Both the position numbers and the translations under genes were made by a program. Shown one piece after another: positions 22,334-31,829 of a stretch of DNA of 64,000 nucleotides. Positions within the stretch are counted from its first letter, which is position 1; every line of letters begins with the position of its first letter. Under the pieces are notes generated by a model. It searched no databases and was not told where the DNA came from. It saw nothing but the letters and a program-made list of their open reading frames with translations. Source of the DNA: Candidatus Thorarchaeota archaeon (lineage in GTDB: Archaea > Asgardarchaeota > Thorarchaeia > Thorarchaeales > Thorarchaeaceae); assembly GCA_963726195.1 (NCBI GenBank), contig CAVSBO010000008.1, forward strand, positions 64,001-128,000, read 5' to 3'.

Positions 22334-22753
22334 CTAATGCCCGCATTCTTTCGCTAGCTTCGAACCCAAGGCCTTGCATTCATCAAGCTTTTCCTCGCTG
22401 GGGAAGTCCTTCGCTTTCAGTGGCTGTTCCTGAATGAGGCGTGCACCTTTGCTCCTAAGAAGGTCCGCTATCGCATCAGGTGCCTCTCCACTCCACCCAT
22501 ACGAACCAAAGCTCGCTGCAGCCAAACCTGATAGACCTGCCAATGCAGACAAGACTTCACGAATAGCCGGCAACGGTTTCTTGATGCGAGTCGAACTGCC
22601 GACAGCAAGGGCGCAGACGTCCTCAAGGTTCTGGAATGATGACGCATCGATCAGTTCGCATGTGACCCCTTCGGACCGGACCCCTTCACATATTGCTTGG
22701 GCCATCGCGCGTGTTCGACCCATTGTGCTCTCATATATCACAGCTACGTGCAT
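22334..22753 (-). CDS. Flavodoxin domain protein
   Basis: YESTMGRTRAMA; SFGSYGWSGEA. Confidence 0.85.
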   Translation of the reverse strand: MHVAVIYESTMGRTRAMAQAICEGVRSEGVTCELIDASSFQNLEDVCALAVGSSTRIKKPLPAIREVLSALAGLSGLAAASFGSYGWSGEAPDAIADLLRSKGARLIQEQPLKAKDFPSEEKLDECKALGSKLAKECGH

Positions 22754-22892
22754 GTCTGTCGAGCCGGAAGTCGCGGCAGCCAAGACAAAAGCGTTCTGCA
22801 ATGTCCACGAAAACGAAGACTCCCAATACTCGATTGCCCCTTTGTCGTATTCAAATGCATATATCTGGCCTCATAAGTGAATTGTATCAACA

Positions 22893-23570
22893 TTGACGGA
22901 CACTAAGATGCTAGCCAAAGTCGCAAGGATTTGCGATCTTTTGGCGGCTAACTATGGCACCGCAATATCGGACCGAGCTACGCCTCCTGTCGATGAACTA
23001 ATCCTGACGATCCTGAGCCAGAATACAAACGATACAAACAGCCAACGAGCATATGACAAGCTGAGAGCCACGTACCGCAGTTGGGATGATGTGCTTTCCG
23101 CACGCGAGGAGGAATTGGCCAATGTCATTAGGTCCTCAGGCTCCTACAGGCTAAAGGCGAAGAGAATCAAAGCGGCCTTGGCTGAAGTCATGGAAAGAGT
23201 TGGTCGGCTTGACCTCTCTTTGCTCAAAGACATGGGCACTGAGGAAGCAACGCAATGGCTAACTTCACTCTATGGAGTCGGCCCAAAGACAGCTGCGATC
23301 GTTCTTTTGTTCTGTTTTGGCAAGCCCACATTGCCTGTTGATACGCATGTATGGAGAGTATCGAAGCGTCTTGGTCTTGTACCTGACAGCACATCGCGCG
23401 TCAAAGCGCAAGAGAAGCTCCAGGCCATTGTGCCCATAGACTGCGTGTACTCTCTGAACCACAACCTCGTGACGCACGGCAGACGAGTCTGCCGGAAGCA
23501 ACGACCACTGTGCGAAGAATGCTTCCTCACTAAAGTCTGTGACTGGTATTCTGGACAGAGGCCTCACTAG
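22893..23570 (+). CDS. nth: Endonuclease III family DNA glycosylase
   Basis: ILSQNT, HhH LYGVGPKTA, PVDTHVWR, C..QRPLCEEC....C [4Fe-4S]. Confidence 0.92.
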   Translation: MTDTKMLAKVARICDLLAANYGTAISDRATPPVDELILTILSQNTNDTNSQRAYDKLRATYRSWDDVLSAREEELANVIRSSGSYRLKAKRIKAALAEVMERVGRLDLSLLKDMGTEEATQWLTSLYGVGPKTAAIVLLFCFGKPTLPVDTHVWRVSKRLGLVPDSTSRVKAQEKLQAIVPIDCVYSLNHNLVTHGRRVCRKQRPLCEECFLTKVCDWYSGQRPH

Positions 23571-23600
23571 CATGCCGACAAGCACAGGCCAGTGCTAGTT

Positions 23601-23915
23601 TCAGGGCTCCTCTTCTTCACTTTCATGGCGGGCTTCTTGGGTCTCATCCAAGAGTTCAGCAAAGTTCGCTCTGAGGTCCTCTAATACTGCATCATCTTCT
23701 GGCCGATTTGTCATGATAGTGAGAGTTCGACCCCACCAGCCACAGTCGAGGCAGTAGTAAGCCGGCTGAAAGGCACCGAGAAACCCTAGGTCTAGGTACG
23801 ATGTTATTTGAACTACCCGAGGGCTTTTGCACACGGGACAAATAGCGACGTCGGCCGAGATACCTCGTCGCCTGTACTCTTCAAGAGCGTCCTTCACGAT
23901 TTTCAGTCTTTTCAA
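23601..23915 (-). CDS. Zn-ribbon hypothetical protein
   Basis: CPVC...CLDCGW. Confidence 0.65.
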   Translation of the reverse strand: MKRLKIVKDALEEYRRRGISADVAICPVCKSPRVVQITSYLDLGFLGAFQPAYYCLDCGWWGRTLTIMTNRPEDDAVLEDLRANFAELLDETQEARHESEEEEP

Positions 23916-24165
23916 ATCCCGGAGCTCCCTGCTCGTTCAGCTGCCCGCTCTGTTGTTCAGCCGACGTGTCTATCCTCGCCTATTACGACTAACGAGCTCA
24001 GAATGATATACCTCTTTCGAAGGTGCTCCTTATTCGTAAAGAAATAGGAGGTTCATGGTCGCTCGGAGACCTAAGCTCGCTCTCTGGACACAGCCAGAAG
24101 TACGAGTTTAGGGCCCAAGACCATGAACCGGACTGGCATTCAACTTCGAACCGTCTAGTGATCGA

Positions 24166-24600
24166 TTACAAGATGTAGAACATGACGAAGTTGATAATGC
24201 CGAGTACGAAAGATACTATCCACAGAAGCAACACGATTTGCATCCATAGCTTGAGTTTCTTTGTCAGCTCTGGCTTCTGGCCCTTGAGCAAGTATAACGT
24301 AGGAATGAAGAAGGCCATGAAGATTGTGATGCTACCGATGATAACCATCAGGGTTAGGTACCAGTATACGCCCAAGTCGATACCCGTGTCGAATATTCTG
24401 ATTGCTTGGGGAATCATCCAAATGAAGGTAGCAACGCCTCCGAGAATTAGGGTCATGGCAAGAGCATCGTGATGCATCGTGACGTTCTGCTTGCCGGTTC
24501 TCTTGAAGAAGCTGTAAATCAAGAACAACAGAGCTAGAATTCCAACTACCAGCGAAATGCCGGCCATGTCAATTGTAGGAACCTGCATCATTATCACCAT
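24166..24600 (-). CDS. Hypothetical 4-TM membrane protein
   Basis: Four hydrophobic helices. Confidence 0.65.
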   Translation of the reverse strand: MVIMMQVPTIDMAGISLVVGILALLFLIYSFFKRTGKQNVTMHHDALAMTLILGGVATFIWMIPQAIRIFDTGIDLGVYWYLTLMVIIGSITIFMAFFIPTLYLLKGQKPELTKKLKLWMQIVLLLWIVSFVLGIINFVMFYIL

Positions 24601-24777
24601 TTATGACGTGATTTAACTGAATCTCCGTGTTCTTCTTCTTAAAGTTACTGGCCATGTGTATACTCAATGGCTTTCATGAGCGCCTATTGGCGCCGCGTTC
24701 ATCAATAGGGCGCCAGAAGTGATGCATCTTGTCTACTCGGAAAAGTGAAATGCAGGTCGGTGATTCCCGTACCTCAG

Positions 24778-25272
24778 ATGAACGCACAGAAGGCACGCAG
24801 TTCCTACGTTGATATCATCCTCGTCGTGGCTTCAGTCCTGATACTTTCGTTTTCCGTTTGGACATGGATTACGGCGCTTCCTATTCCCAAGGAAACAGTC
24901 TACCTTGCAACTACAATCGGTCTCGTCATTTCACTAGTCTTGATCATCAACGTCGCCATACTAGTTGTACTGCGGCTTCAGAGACGGGTTACGCGTCTTG
25001 AGGACATGCTTTCTACAAGTGCCGCAAGCCCCAATGAGTCCGAGAAAGAAAGAGTCGTAGTCGTGACATTAAGCAACGTAGAGCGTCGCATCATCAATAG
25101 GCTCGAAGAGGGTGGTGGTCAGATGACCCAAGATGAACTTAGGAAGGACGTAAACCTTAGCAAGTCTACGCTCAGCGTTGCCCTATCGTCTCTCGAAAGG
25201 AAGTCGCTCGTGAGTCGGAAAGTCAGTGGAAGGACGAAGATAGTCGTGCTGGAGAGAAAACTCCCCCAGTGA
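24778..25272 (+). CDS. Membrane-anchored wHTH transcriptional regulator
   Basis: 2 TM, then MTQDEL...LSKSTLSVALSSLERKSLV.R...GRTKIV. Confidence 0.78.
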   Translation: MNAQKARSSYVDIILVVASVLILSFSVWTWITALPIPKETVYLATTIGLVISLVLIINVAILVVLRLQRRVTRLEDMLSTSAASPNESEKERVVVVTLSNVERRIINRLEEGGGQMTQDELRKDVNLSKSTLSVALSSLERKSLVSRKVSGRTKIVVLERKLPQ

Positions 25273-25387
25273 AGCCTCTCTGGTCCCAAATAAGGCCCAT
25301 AACTCTATTGGAACAGTCATCACGATTATGAATGCCCAAAGTGCAACGGCGGAACCTATTCCCGGCTTTATTCCTGTGTTCATGAAT

Positions 25388-25402
25388 GGTTCACGGCGAA
25401 CC
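25388..25402. promoter_or_regulatory. Palindromic operator candidate GGTTC-N5-GAACC
   Basis: Perfect 5-5-5 palindrome upstream of the 25459 gene and downstream of a wHTH regulator. Confidence 0.3.
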
Positions 25403-25458
25403 TCTAAGTCATTTCCTGATATCGTGTCTGACAGAAATCTAAGATTCGAGGTCTCATC

Positions 25459-27171
25459 ATGAGAAGTATGAATGATCGGCGGGTTGCTACGGTCTTACTC
25501 GTAACGACCCTGATGATGATCAGTATTGGACCCGTGGCGGCAATGCAGGTCGGCCAGAGCCCGAAGCCTGCTCAATCTGCGCCTCCTTTCCAGGAGATGC
25601 TTCCCGGAGTCTATGTGTATTGGCGATGGTGGAACGAATCGAGCCGGACTGTTGGGCCGGTTCCTATGGACGCTCGGAATCAATACAGCTACCGGTACAT
25701 CTACTATGTCGAGGATACCTTTGGACACGGTTACTGGATTCGCGAGGACAGCGAGTACAACTCGACCGACGTGTGGTCCTTCTCGAATTTGCTGGTGACC
25801 ATAATCCTCGACCCTGATGGCACATTCATCAGCTGGCTCTCGACTCAGCCGAGGCAAGAGAACCCATGGACAATATTCTGGGCTCCGAATATCAAGGCGC
25901 TGTCTGGGGACGAGGTTTTCATCTATTCATCCTTCTACTATAGCAAGTACAACTACAGCTATTCGTACAAGTCCGACTACACATGGACCGACAAAATGGG
26001 AAATACAGTCAATCCGAACTCCATTATCCCGAATCTGAAGGAAGAATACCAGTGGGCATCCGTCATGAACGCGTCACAAAGCCATTCCTCCAATCGGCAC
26101 TACTGTGGGTTCGGCTATGATATCAGCGAGATGACCACCAAGGACAACCAGACACAGTGGATGCAACACTACTTCAATGGTCTGTCCGTCTTCAATGACA
26201 CAAACCACAACGGGATCATAGATGTCACATACGAGACGAATATGCCGGGCGTGTCTGGACCTAGTACCAATATCATGCCAAACGAGTCGTACCCGGTGCT
26301 GAACGAAAAGAAATCCGAGCTGGAGTATATCTTCATAGCACAGAATGCCACCATCGGGCAGGTACAAACTCCGTTTGTCAACACCAATGGGGAGATTCAA
26401 TGGAGCGCTGAGGTCACAAGCATAGAGGGAGACTTGGTCTCGCCATTTGTCGAAGCTATAGGACTGCCAAGCCGTCCAGCGAACACCGCAGCAATGACAC
26501 CAAAGAGCATTGCGACCAAGGTTGATAGTCTGAAGATGATCTATCATTTTCAAGTGACTAGCGAAGCTGCAGTACTCAAGATAGATCAGCACATAGGAAG
26601 ATTCACAAACCCTGTGGACGGGAAGGTGCTGCCACAGGTTCAGGGGCTGAGTCTGGCACTGAACTACTGGAGTTCCTTCTCCAGTTCTAGCTTGGTTCCA
26701 TTGGCTGGTACCAGCACGACTGCAACTCCCTTGACTTCGAGTCCGAATGCTGAACCCATCTCGAGTGGCGGTCTCCTTTTCACTGATGAAGGCAAGCCTC
26801 TTGTGATGATCAAGTTCGGTGGTACGTATGTCTGGGGCTGGGACAACTCAACGCACAACGTGGGGACGGCAGTGATGCCAATGTACCTCTTTGCCTACCC
26901 GCTGACTGCTAACGCTCCGCTAACCAACACTGTTTCCGGAGTAGTCCCAATGCGTGCTGGTTCGTACTACTACAGCACTTGCTATGGTAACTGGAGCGGA
27001 TACTCGATTACTCACGATCCAGTCTTTGTCGCATATCCCGGAGTAAGTCCTGCGGATGTCAGCGGGAGAATCTCAGGCATATTCATCTTCACTCTGCTTT
27101 TGGGCGGCATAGGAGTGGTCGTTCTTTCAGCAGTAATCATGAGAATCGTTAGAGTTCGTAGGTCCTCGTGA
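25459..27171 (+). CDS. Secreted, C-terminally anchored cell-surface protein
   Basis: Signal peptide, many N-x-S/T sequons, ITHDP followed by a C-terminal TM helix and basic tail. Confidence 0.75.
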   Translation: MRSMNDRRVATVLLVTTLMMISIGPVAAMQVGQSPKPAQSAPPFQEMLPGVYVYWRWWNESSRTVGPVPMDARNQYSYRYIYYVEDTFGHGYWIREDSEYNSTDVWSFSNLLVTIILDPDGTFISWLSTQPRQENPWTIFWAPNIKALSGDEVFIYSSFYYSKYNYSYSYKSDYTWTDKMGNTVNPNSIIPNLKEEYQWASVMNASQSHSSNRHYCGFGYDISEMTTKDNQTQWMQHYFNGLSVFNDTNHNGIIDVTYETNMPGVSGPSTNIMPNESYPVLNEKKSELEYIFIAQNATIGQVQTPFVNTNGEIQWSAEVTSIEGDLVSPFVEAIGLPSRPANTAAMTPKSIATKVDSLKMIYHFQVTSEAAVLKIDQHIGRFTNPVDGKVLPQVQGLSLALNYWSSFSSSSLVPLAGTSTTATPLTSSPNAEPISSGGLLFTDEGKPLVMIKFGGTYVWGWDNSTHNVGTAVMPMYLFAYPLTANAPLTNTVSGVVPMRAGSYYYSTCYGNWSGYSITHDPVFVAYPGVSPADVSGRISGIFIFTLLLGGIGVVVLSAVIMRIVRVRRSS

Positions 27172-27201
27172 AGGGGGCAGCAGCCCCCTCCTCTTTTTTT
27201 T
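27172..27201 (+). terminator. Hairpin + poly-T terminator
   Basis: AGGGGGC...GCCCCCT followed by a T-run directly after the stop codon. Confidence 0.6.
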
Positions 27202-27251
27202 GGAATCACACGCGTTCCTGCTACTGGCACTGTCAAAGGAACACAATCCCC

Positions 27252-28085
27252 TTAGGTTTGGATTTGTAGCGTTCTGAGACAATCATCGAGGAACGATTTG
27301 GCTTTGACTATGTTATCTTTCTGCCTGTGAGACACTTCGACAGTGATTGCCTTCTCATAGCCGGCTCGATGGAGGGCGCTCAAGGTCTCAAGCAGATTGA
27401 TATCACCGGTCCCCGGCAGAAGGTACCGCCTATGTCCATCCGCATCTAGGAGCCTTCCATCGCCGTCCCTGAAATGCACATTCAGCAACCTGTTGCCAAA
27501 TAACTCTATGATATCACTCATCTGTGAGCCATGGTACCGCACGTATTCCAAATCAATAGTCACGCCAAGTGATGTCTGTTCGTGCGCTTTGATAATGTCC
27601 GACAGGAACTGCTCCACATTGGGAACATAGGGCATATTCTCTAGGGTAAGGCTGCAATTCGCCTCTTCCGACATTTGCAGAATCCTATCCAGTCTGGTCA
27701 GCCACTGAGTCCCCGATAGCTCAGTTGGCTCAGGCGGATGAAGCACAGCGACCTGAATTCCCAGCTTGGCAACGAAGTCAAATACGGCACGCGTGACTTC
27801 ATAGAATTCCTCCTCTCTTTGAGATAGTACAAGTTTGGGCAGGTGAATTGAATACGGCTGAAGCGCAAGGTCATGCAGGGCGGCCTCGATTGTTCTTCCG
27901 ACCCACTGCGGCTGGTTGTTATAGATGAGCTCGACATGGTCAAAGCCACAATCGCGGACACGGACTAGAGTACGAATCTGGTCCATGAGAAATAGCTCCG
28001 GCTGGGTTCCTGATCTTATTCCGCCGATTGTTGAACACGATACGATCATGTCCATTGCCAGCTGTCGTGTTGGAGTCGGTCTCAA
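27252..28085 (-). CDS. Sugar phosphate isomerase/epimerase (AP endonuclease 2 TIM barrel)
   Basis: TLENMP, TIDLE, NVHFRD, LPGTGDI, ITVEV. Confidence 0.8.
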   Translation of the reverse strand: MRPTPTRQLAMDMIVSCSTIGGIRSGTQPELFLMDQIRTLVRVRDCGFDHVELIYNNQPQWVGRTIEAALHDLALQPYSIHLPKLVLSQREEEFYEVTRAVFDFVAKLGIQVAVLHPPEPTELSGTQWLTRLDRILQMSEEANCSLTLENMPYVPNVEQFLSDIIKAHEQTSLGVTIDLEYVRYHGSQMSDIIELFGNRLLNVHFRDGDGRLLDADGHRRYLLPGTGDINLLETLSALHRAGYEKAITVEVSHRQKDNIVKAKSFLDDCLRTLQIQT

Positions 28086-28229
28086 GCTGGCATCTTCGCG
28101 TTATATTGGTGCGTGTTAGTGACAGATTCACTGAATCAGCGGACCACGCTTGACCCAATTGCTCCGTTCGCAGGGACCCCCCCAATGAACCAGAAATGCT
28201 TTTACTTAACAGTTGACAGCCACTGATTC

Positions 28230-29250
28230 TTGATGAGTGAATCTATGCCGCGCCATGTTATTGCAGCGATATTGCTCTGCACAGCCTTCGTGCTCTTTCA
28301 GACGCCTCCATGCTTGGCAGGCCGCACTACCTACTCACAGAATGGGATTAGAGCTGAATTGGCCCGGTGGGCTCATAATCGACCACAACTGCATCGATCT
28401 GGGTGCCATCCCAGCTGAGTGGATTGATTCCGCAAAGAACGACGTCAAGATTCACTACGCACACACCAGCCATGGAGAGCAGATAACAACCGGTCTCGAC
28501 CTAATTGAGGCCGAGAACTCGACCTTCAGTCAAGTTCAGGGAGATTGTTACTTACCCACGGAGTCGGGTGCACTATGCATACTCGATGGGAACCCTCCCA
28601 ATTCCTATGTAACACCTGATCTCTACTGGCAGACCACCGAGGGCATAGCGACAACGGAAGCTACACTCCACGACAACCCCAGTCTTACGGTATCTATGTG
28701 GATGTGGTGCACACAACTGGATTCCTATAGTCAGGAAGAGACACAGGCCTACTTGGACGCAATGTCCTCTCTTGAATTGGCTCATCCAGGGGTTACCTTC
28801 GTGTACATGACAGGCAACGCACAAGCGACCGGTTCAGACGGATACAATCGCTGGCTGCGGAACGATCAGATACGTCAGTTCTGTCGCGACGGCGGCAAGA
28901 TTCTATTTGACTTCGAGAATCTTGACTGTTGGAGTAACGGCGATCACAGCACTTACGACTACACTACTGACGGGCACACATACACGATACCTTGCGAGCA
29001 TGCAAACTTCCACGGAGATGAAGCTGGGCACACAACCTACACGAGCTGTGAACAGAAGGGTCAGGCCTTTTGGTGGCTTGCAGCATGCATAGCAGGCTGG
29101 AATGCACCCCAACAGCACGATACCACAACGAGTGGAACAACGACTGGAGGAACAAACACTTTCAGTTTCATCGATGGAATGCTTCTAGGGGGCGGCTTGC
29201 TTGCGGCACTCGCACTAATCACTGTCATAGTGTACCGAAGGAAGCCATAG
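28230..29250 (+). CDS. Secreted membrane-anchored protein (frameshift near 5' end)
   Basis: Signal peptide in frame 28230; IIDH..., YAHTSHGEQI, MWMWC; Thr-rich linker and C-terminal TM. Confidence 0.65.
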
Positions 29251-29255
29251 AAGGA

Positions 29256-30046
29256 CTACACAATCTGGAACTTAGCGACTTGTGGCTTCTCTAGAATCGT
29301 CCACTCACCTCGAGTACCGGCTGCTAGCGCGCCCAGCTCAAGATGCAGCATAGCAATACCGCAATCTAGACGATAGGATATACGACCGAACATGTTTCTG
29401 GAACTAGTTTCGCTGACAGTTATCGAATCTTCATCAATAAGGAACCTCCACGGCTGCCTATTGATAGCCGATGGCGCAAGCCTTGCCGCTTCGAGAGATT
29501 TCGTCATCCACTGCTTCGGAGGATGACTGTGAGGCAAAATGAGATTGCGCAGTTGCTGCCGCTGGTGCAGTTTGACATGACCGTTTCTCAGGCCGTCGAT
29601 ACGCACGTCTGGATCTTCGGCATAGCCTATGGGCGTCACTCCAGCCACGTACTCAGAATCAGCAACATCGATGTCTTTTCTTACGACCTCCGGACGGAAG
29701 AAACCGGCCACCCAGCAGGTGTTCAGACCGAGAGCTGTCGCTTCCAGAATTATGCCCTCGCCCATGTAGCCCAGAGCTATATCCACTGTTGGCGTGTTAT
29801 TGTCACCGACAAAGGCAACATAATGCGGTGCGCCTTTCACCTTGCCATAAGAGCCGACTGCTCCCCTGAATACATCGTCCGGTGGGCTTCGGACGAGTTC
29901 GGCGCGTGCTCCTTCATAGGGACGGAATTCGCGGCACGTCTTTTCGAGCTTCGAAGATCCTTCTCTAAAACGGGCTCGTCGGAATAGCTGCGTTCAGAGT
30001 GGCGCAAGAAGATTGACTGGTACCATGATTCCACAGGCAATGCCAT
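29256..30046 (-). CDS. Nitroreductase family protein (frameshift near 29870)
   Basis: RHSERSY; LGLNTCWV; ARLAPSAINRQPWRF; DCGIAMLH. Confidence 0.85.
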
Positions 30047-30239
30047 AGCCGTTCCCTGCAGGCAGTTTCCCTGTTCGTAGATAAGACCTGTTCTTGGTGC
30101 ATGTTCGGTTGACAGCCTGATTCATATGAAGCGGAAGCTGGCAATCCGTTCTCTCCTTTGTCTCTGGCCCTCAATCATCGTCCGCTGGAAGAGCTGAGAG
30201 TCTCGAAGAGCAGAGCCTCAACGGTACTCCCTTCTTCAT

Positions 30240-30731
30240 CTAAACCGGTATGACGGCCTTTTCTGCTTTCTTTCCGCTCATGCAGTCGATATCGATTCGA
30301 CCGATGTTGACATCCGCGATTGACTTTGCCGAGATTTGTTTCTGGATCACTTGAGCTGGATTGTTGTCCAGGGCGCGTATCATAATCGTAAGAGCGTGTT
30401 CCTTCTCCTTTGGATCTTTCACGAAGGTTACCTTGCCCTTGAAATGTACGCTGGCATAGAGATAGCTGCACTCACCTTGAACATAGCCACCGTCAATCAG
30501 AGCTTGGCCCCAGACGACGTTGTTAGCAGAGAGGATGTCAATCTTCTTGCCCTCTTTCGCACAGTGAAAGTAGATGCAGTTCCTCTCTTTCTCGTAAGCA
30601 TGGGTCAAGCTCACAAGATAGGGCTCGTTGTTAGCGCACATTGCAACCGTAACATACTGTGCATGCTGGAGAATACTCACCATCTCTTCTCGGCTCTTGA
30701 TGGCTTTCTCCTTTCGACGGAGTTCTCTCAT
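30240..30731 (-). CDS. NimA/pyridoxamine 5'-phosphate oxidase-like flavin-binding protein
   Basis: LRRKEK, PYLV, YFHCAKEGKK, YASV, MSGK. Confidence 0.85.
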   Translation of the reverse strand: MRELRRKEKAIKSREEMVSILQHAQYVTVAMCANNEPYLVSLTHAYEKERNCIYFHCAKEGKKIDILSANNVVWGQALIDGGYVQGECSYLYASVHFKGKVTFVKDPKEKEHALTIMIRALDNNPAQVIQKQISAKSIADVNIGRIDIDCMSGKKAEKAVIPV

Positions 30732-30804
30732 TTAGATACCGTGCGTCTTGCAGCATATGACTAGCATTTGTCGATTGCGATGATGTCTGGCTGCCAATGG
30801 TAGT

Positions 30805-31644
30805 TTAAGCCTTGCCGTAGCTTCTGAGGGCTCGCAATGCGTCGACAGTTGCATTCACAGCAAACTTCTCGCCATCCTCTGAGCTCCAACTGCCTTCTGC
30901 TCTTTGATGCGCTGCTAAATCCTGAATGACTCTCCCAACAAGCGGGTGACTACTGGGCAGGTCTGAATGCTTGAGACAAGTTAGAAGCCATGCAAGATTG
31001 GACCCCTCACACTCTGAAGGTGTGTATGCACTCTCAATCGCCTCGAGGGTCTCTTTGAATTCGGTAGAATCCGGACCGGGGTTATAGCTGAACAAGACGA
31101 GAGCATCCCAAGTGGCTCTCAGATAGCCTTTCAGTAAACCAGACCGTTCTCTCTGTTTGAGTAGAAAGCTGGCTGGGCATCCTTTGGAACCAGGCGGTTC
31201 CACACACCCAAAGCGCGTGAGCCAGTGGGCACAGCATGCGGTGAGCCACGTTCGGGTTCGATTTTCTCCGGGTGTCATGAAAGGCGGAGGATTGGTCGTC
31301 TTCACCGCTTCCACCTCGTCCCAGCCGCTGTCACTCTTCTGATGCATCTTGAGGAAGCGGACTGCGCCATCTACTAGTGTTCCTTCTTTAATCCGGAGGT
31401 CATCAAGCCAAGACATGACATTGAGGGTGGAACAAACCGTGCTGATTCCGCCCTTCTCTATTGAGTATCCTCCATCCTCGTTCTGCATTTCGTATAGTCT
31501 CTTGATTGCGGTGCTACTCTGTTTCTGCCCCCACAGAATCGATGACATCCGGCCAATCTGGATGGGGTCGCCACGAGCGGTTACAAAGGCAACAGCCTTC
31601 TCAATATTCACACCACAGCCACCTATGTACGCAGATATTGCCAC
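30805..31644 (-). CDS. Prenyltransferase/squalene cyclase repeat protein
   Basis: QW-like repeats QNEDGGY, QKSDSGW, QRAEGSW. Confidence 0.75.
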   Translation of the reverse strand: MAISAYIGGCGVNIEKAVAFVTARGDPIQIGRMSSILWGQKQSSTAIKRLYEMQNEDGGYSIEKGGISTVCSTLNVMSWLDDLRIKEGTLVDGAVRFLKMHQKSDSGWDEVEAVKTTNPPPFMTPGENRTRTWLTACCAHWLTRFGCVEPPGSKGCPASFLLKQRERSGLLKGYLRATWDALVLFSYNPGPDSTEFKETLEAIESAYTPSECEGSNLAWLLTCLKHSDLPSSHPLVGRVIQDLAAHQRAEGSWSSEDGEKFAVNATVDALRALRSYGKA

Positions 31645-31829
31645 GGCCTGAAGAACATATGGAAATTGGGACAGATATTTCCAGCGGTATCTCGTCTTTC
31701 AGGTTCAATGACTGCTCGATCAGCATCGAATCGGAAGGCTGACCCACACGAGAAGCAATTGATATAGCATCGGCAGTTCACGCTGTTTCCCCTGAAAACA
31801 GAGCATATCTCTGAGGAGTTGACAGTCTG

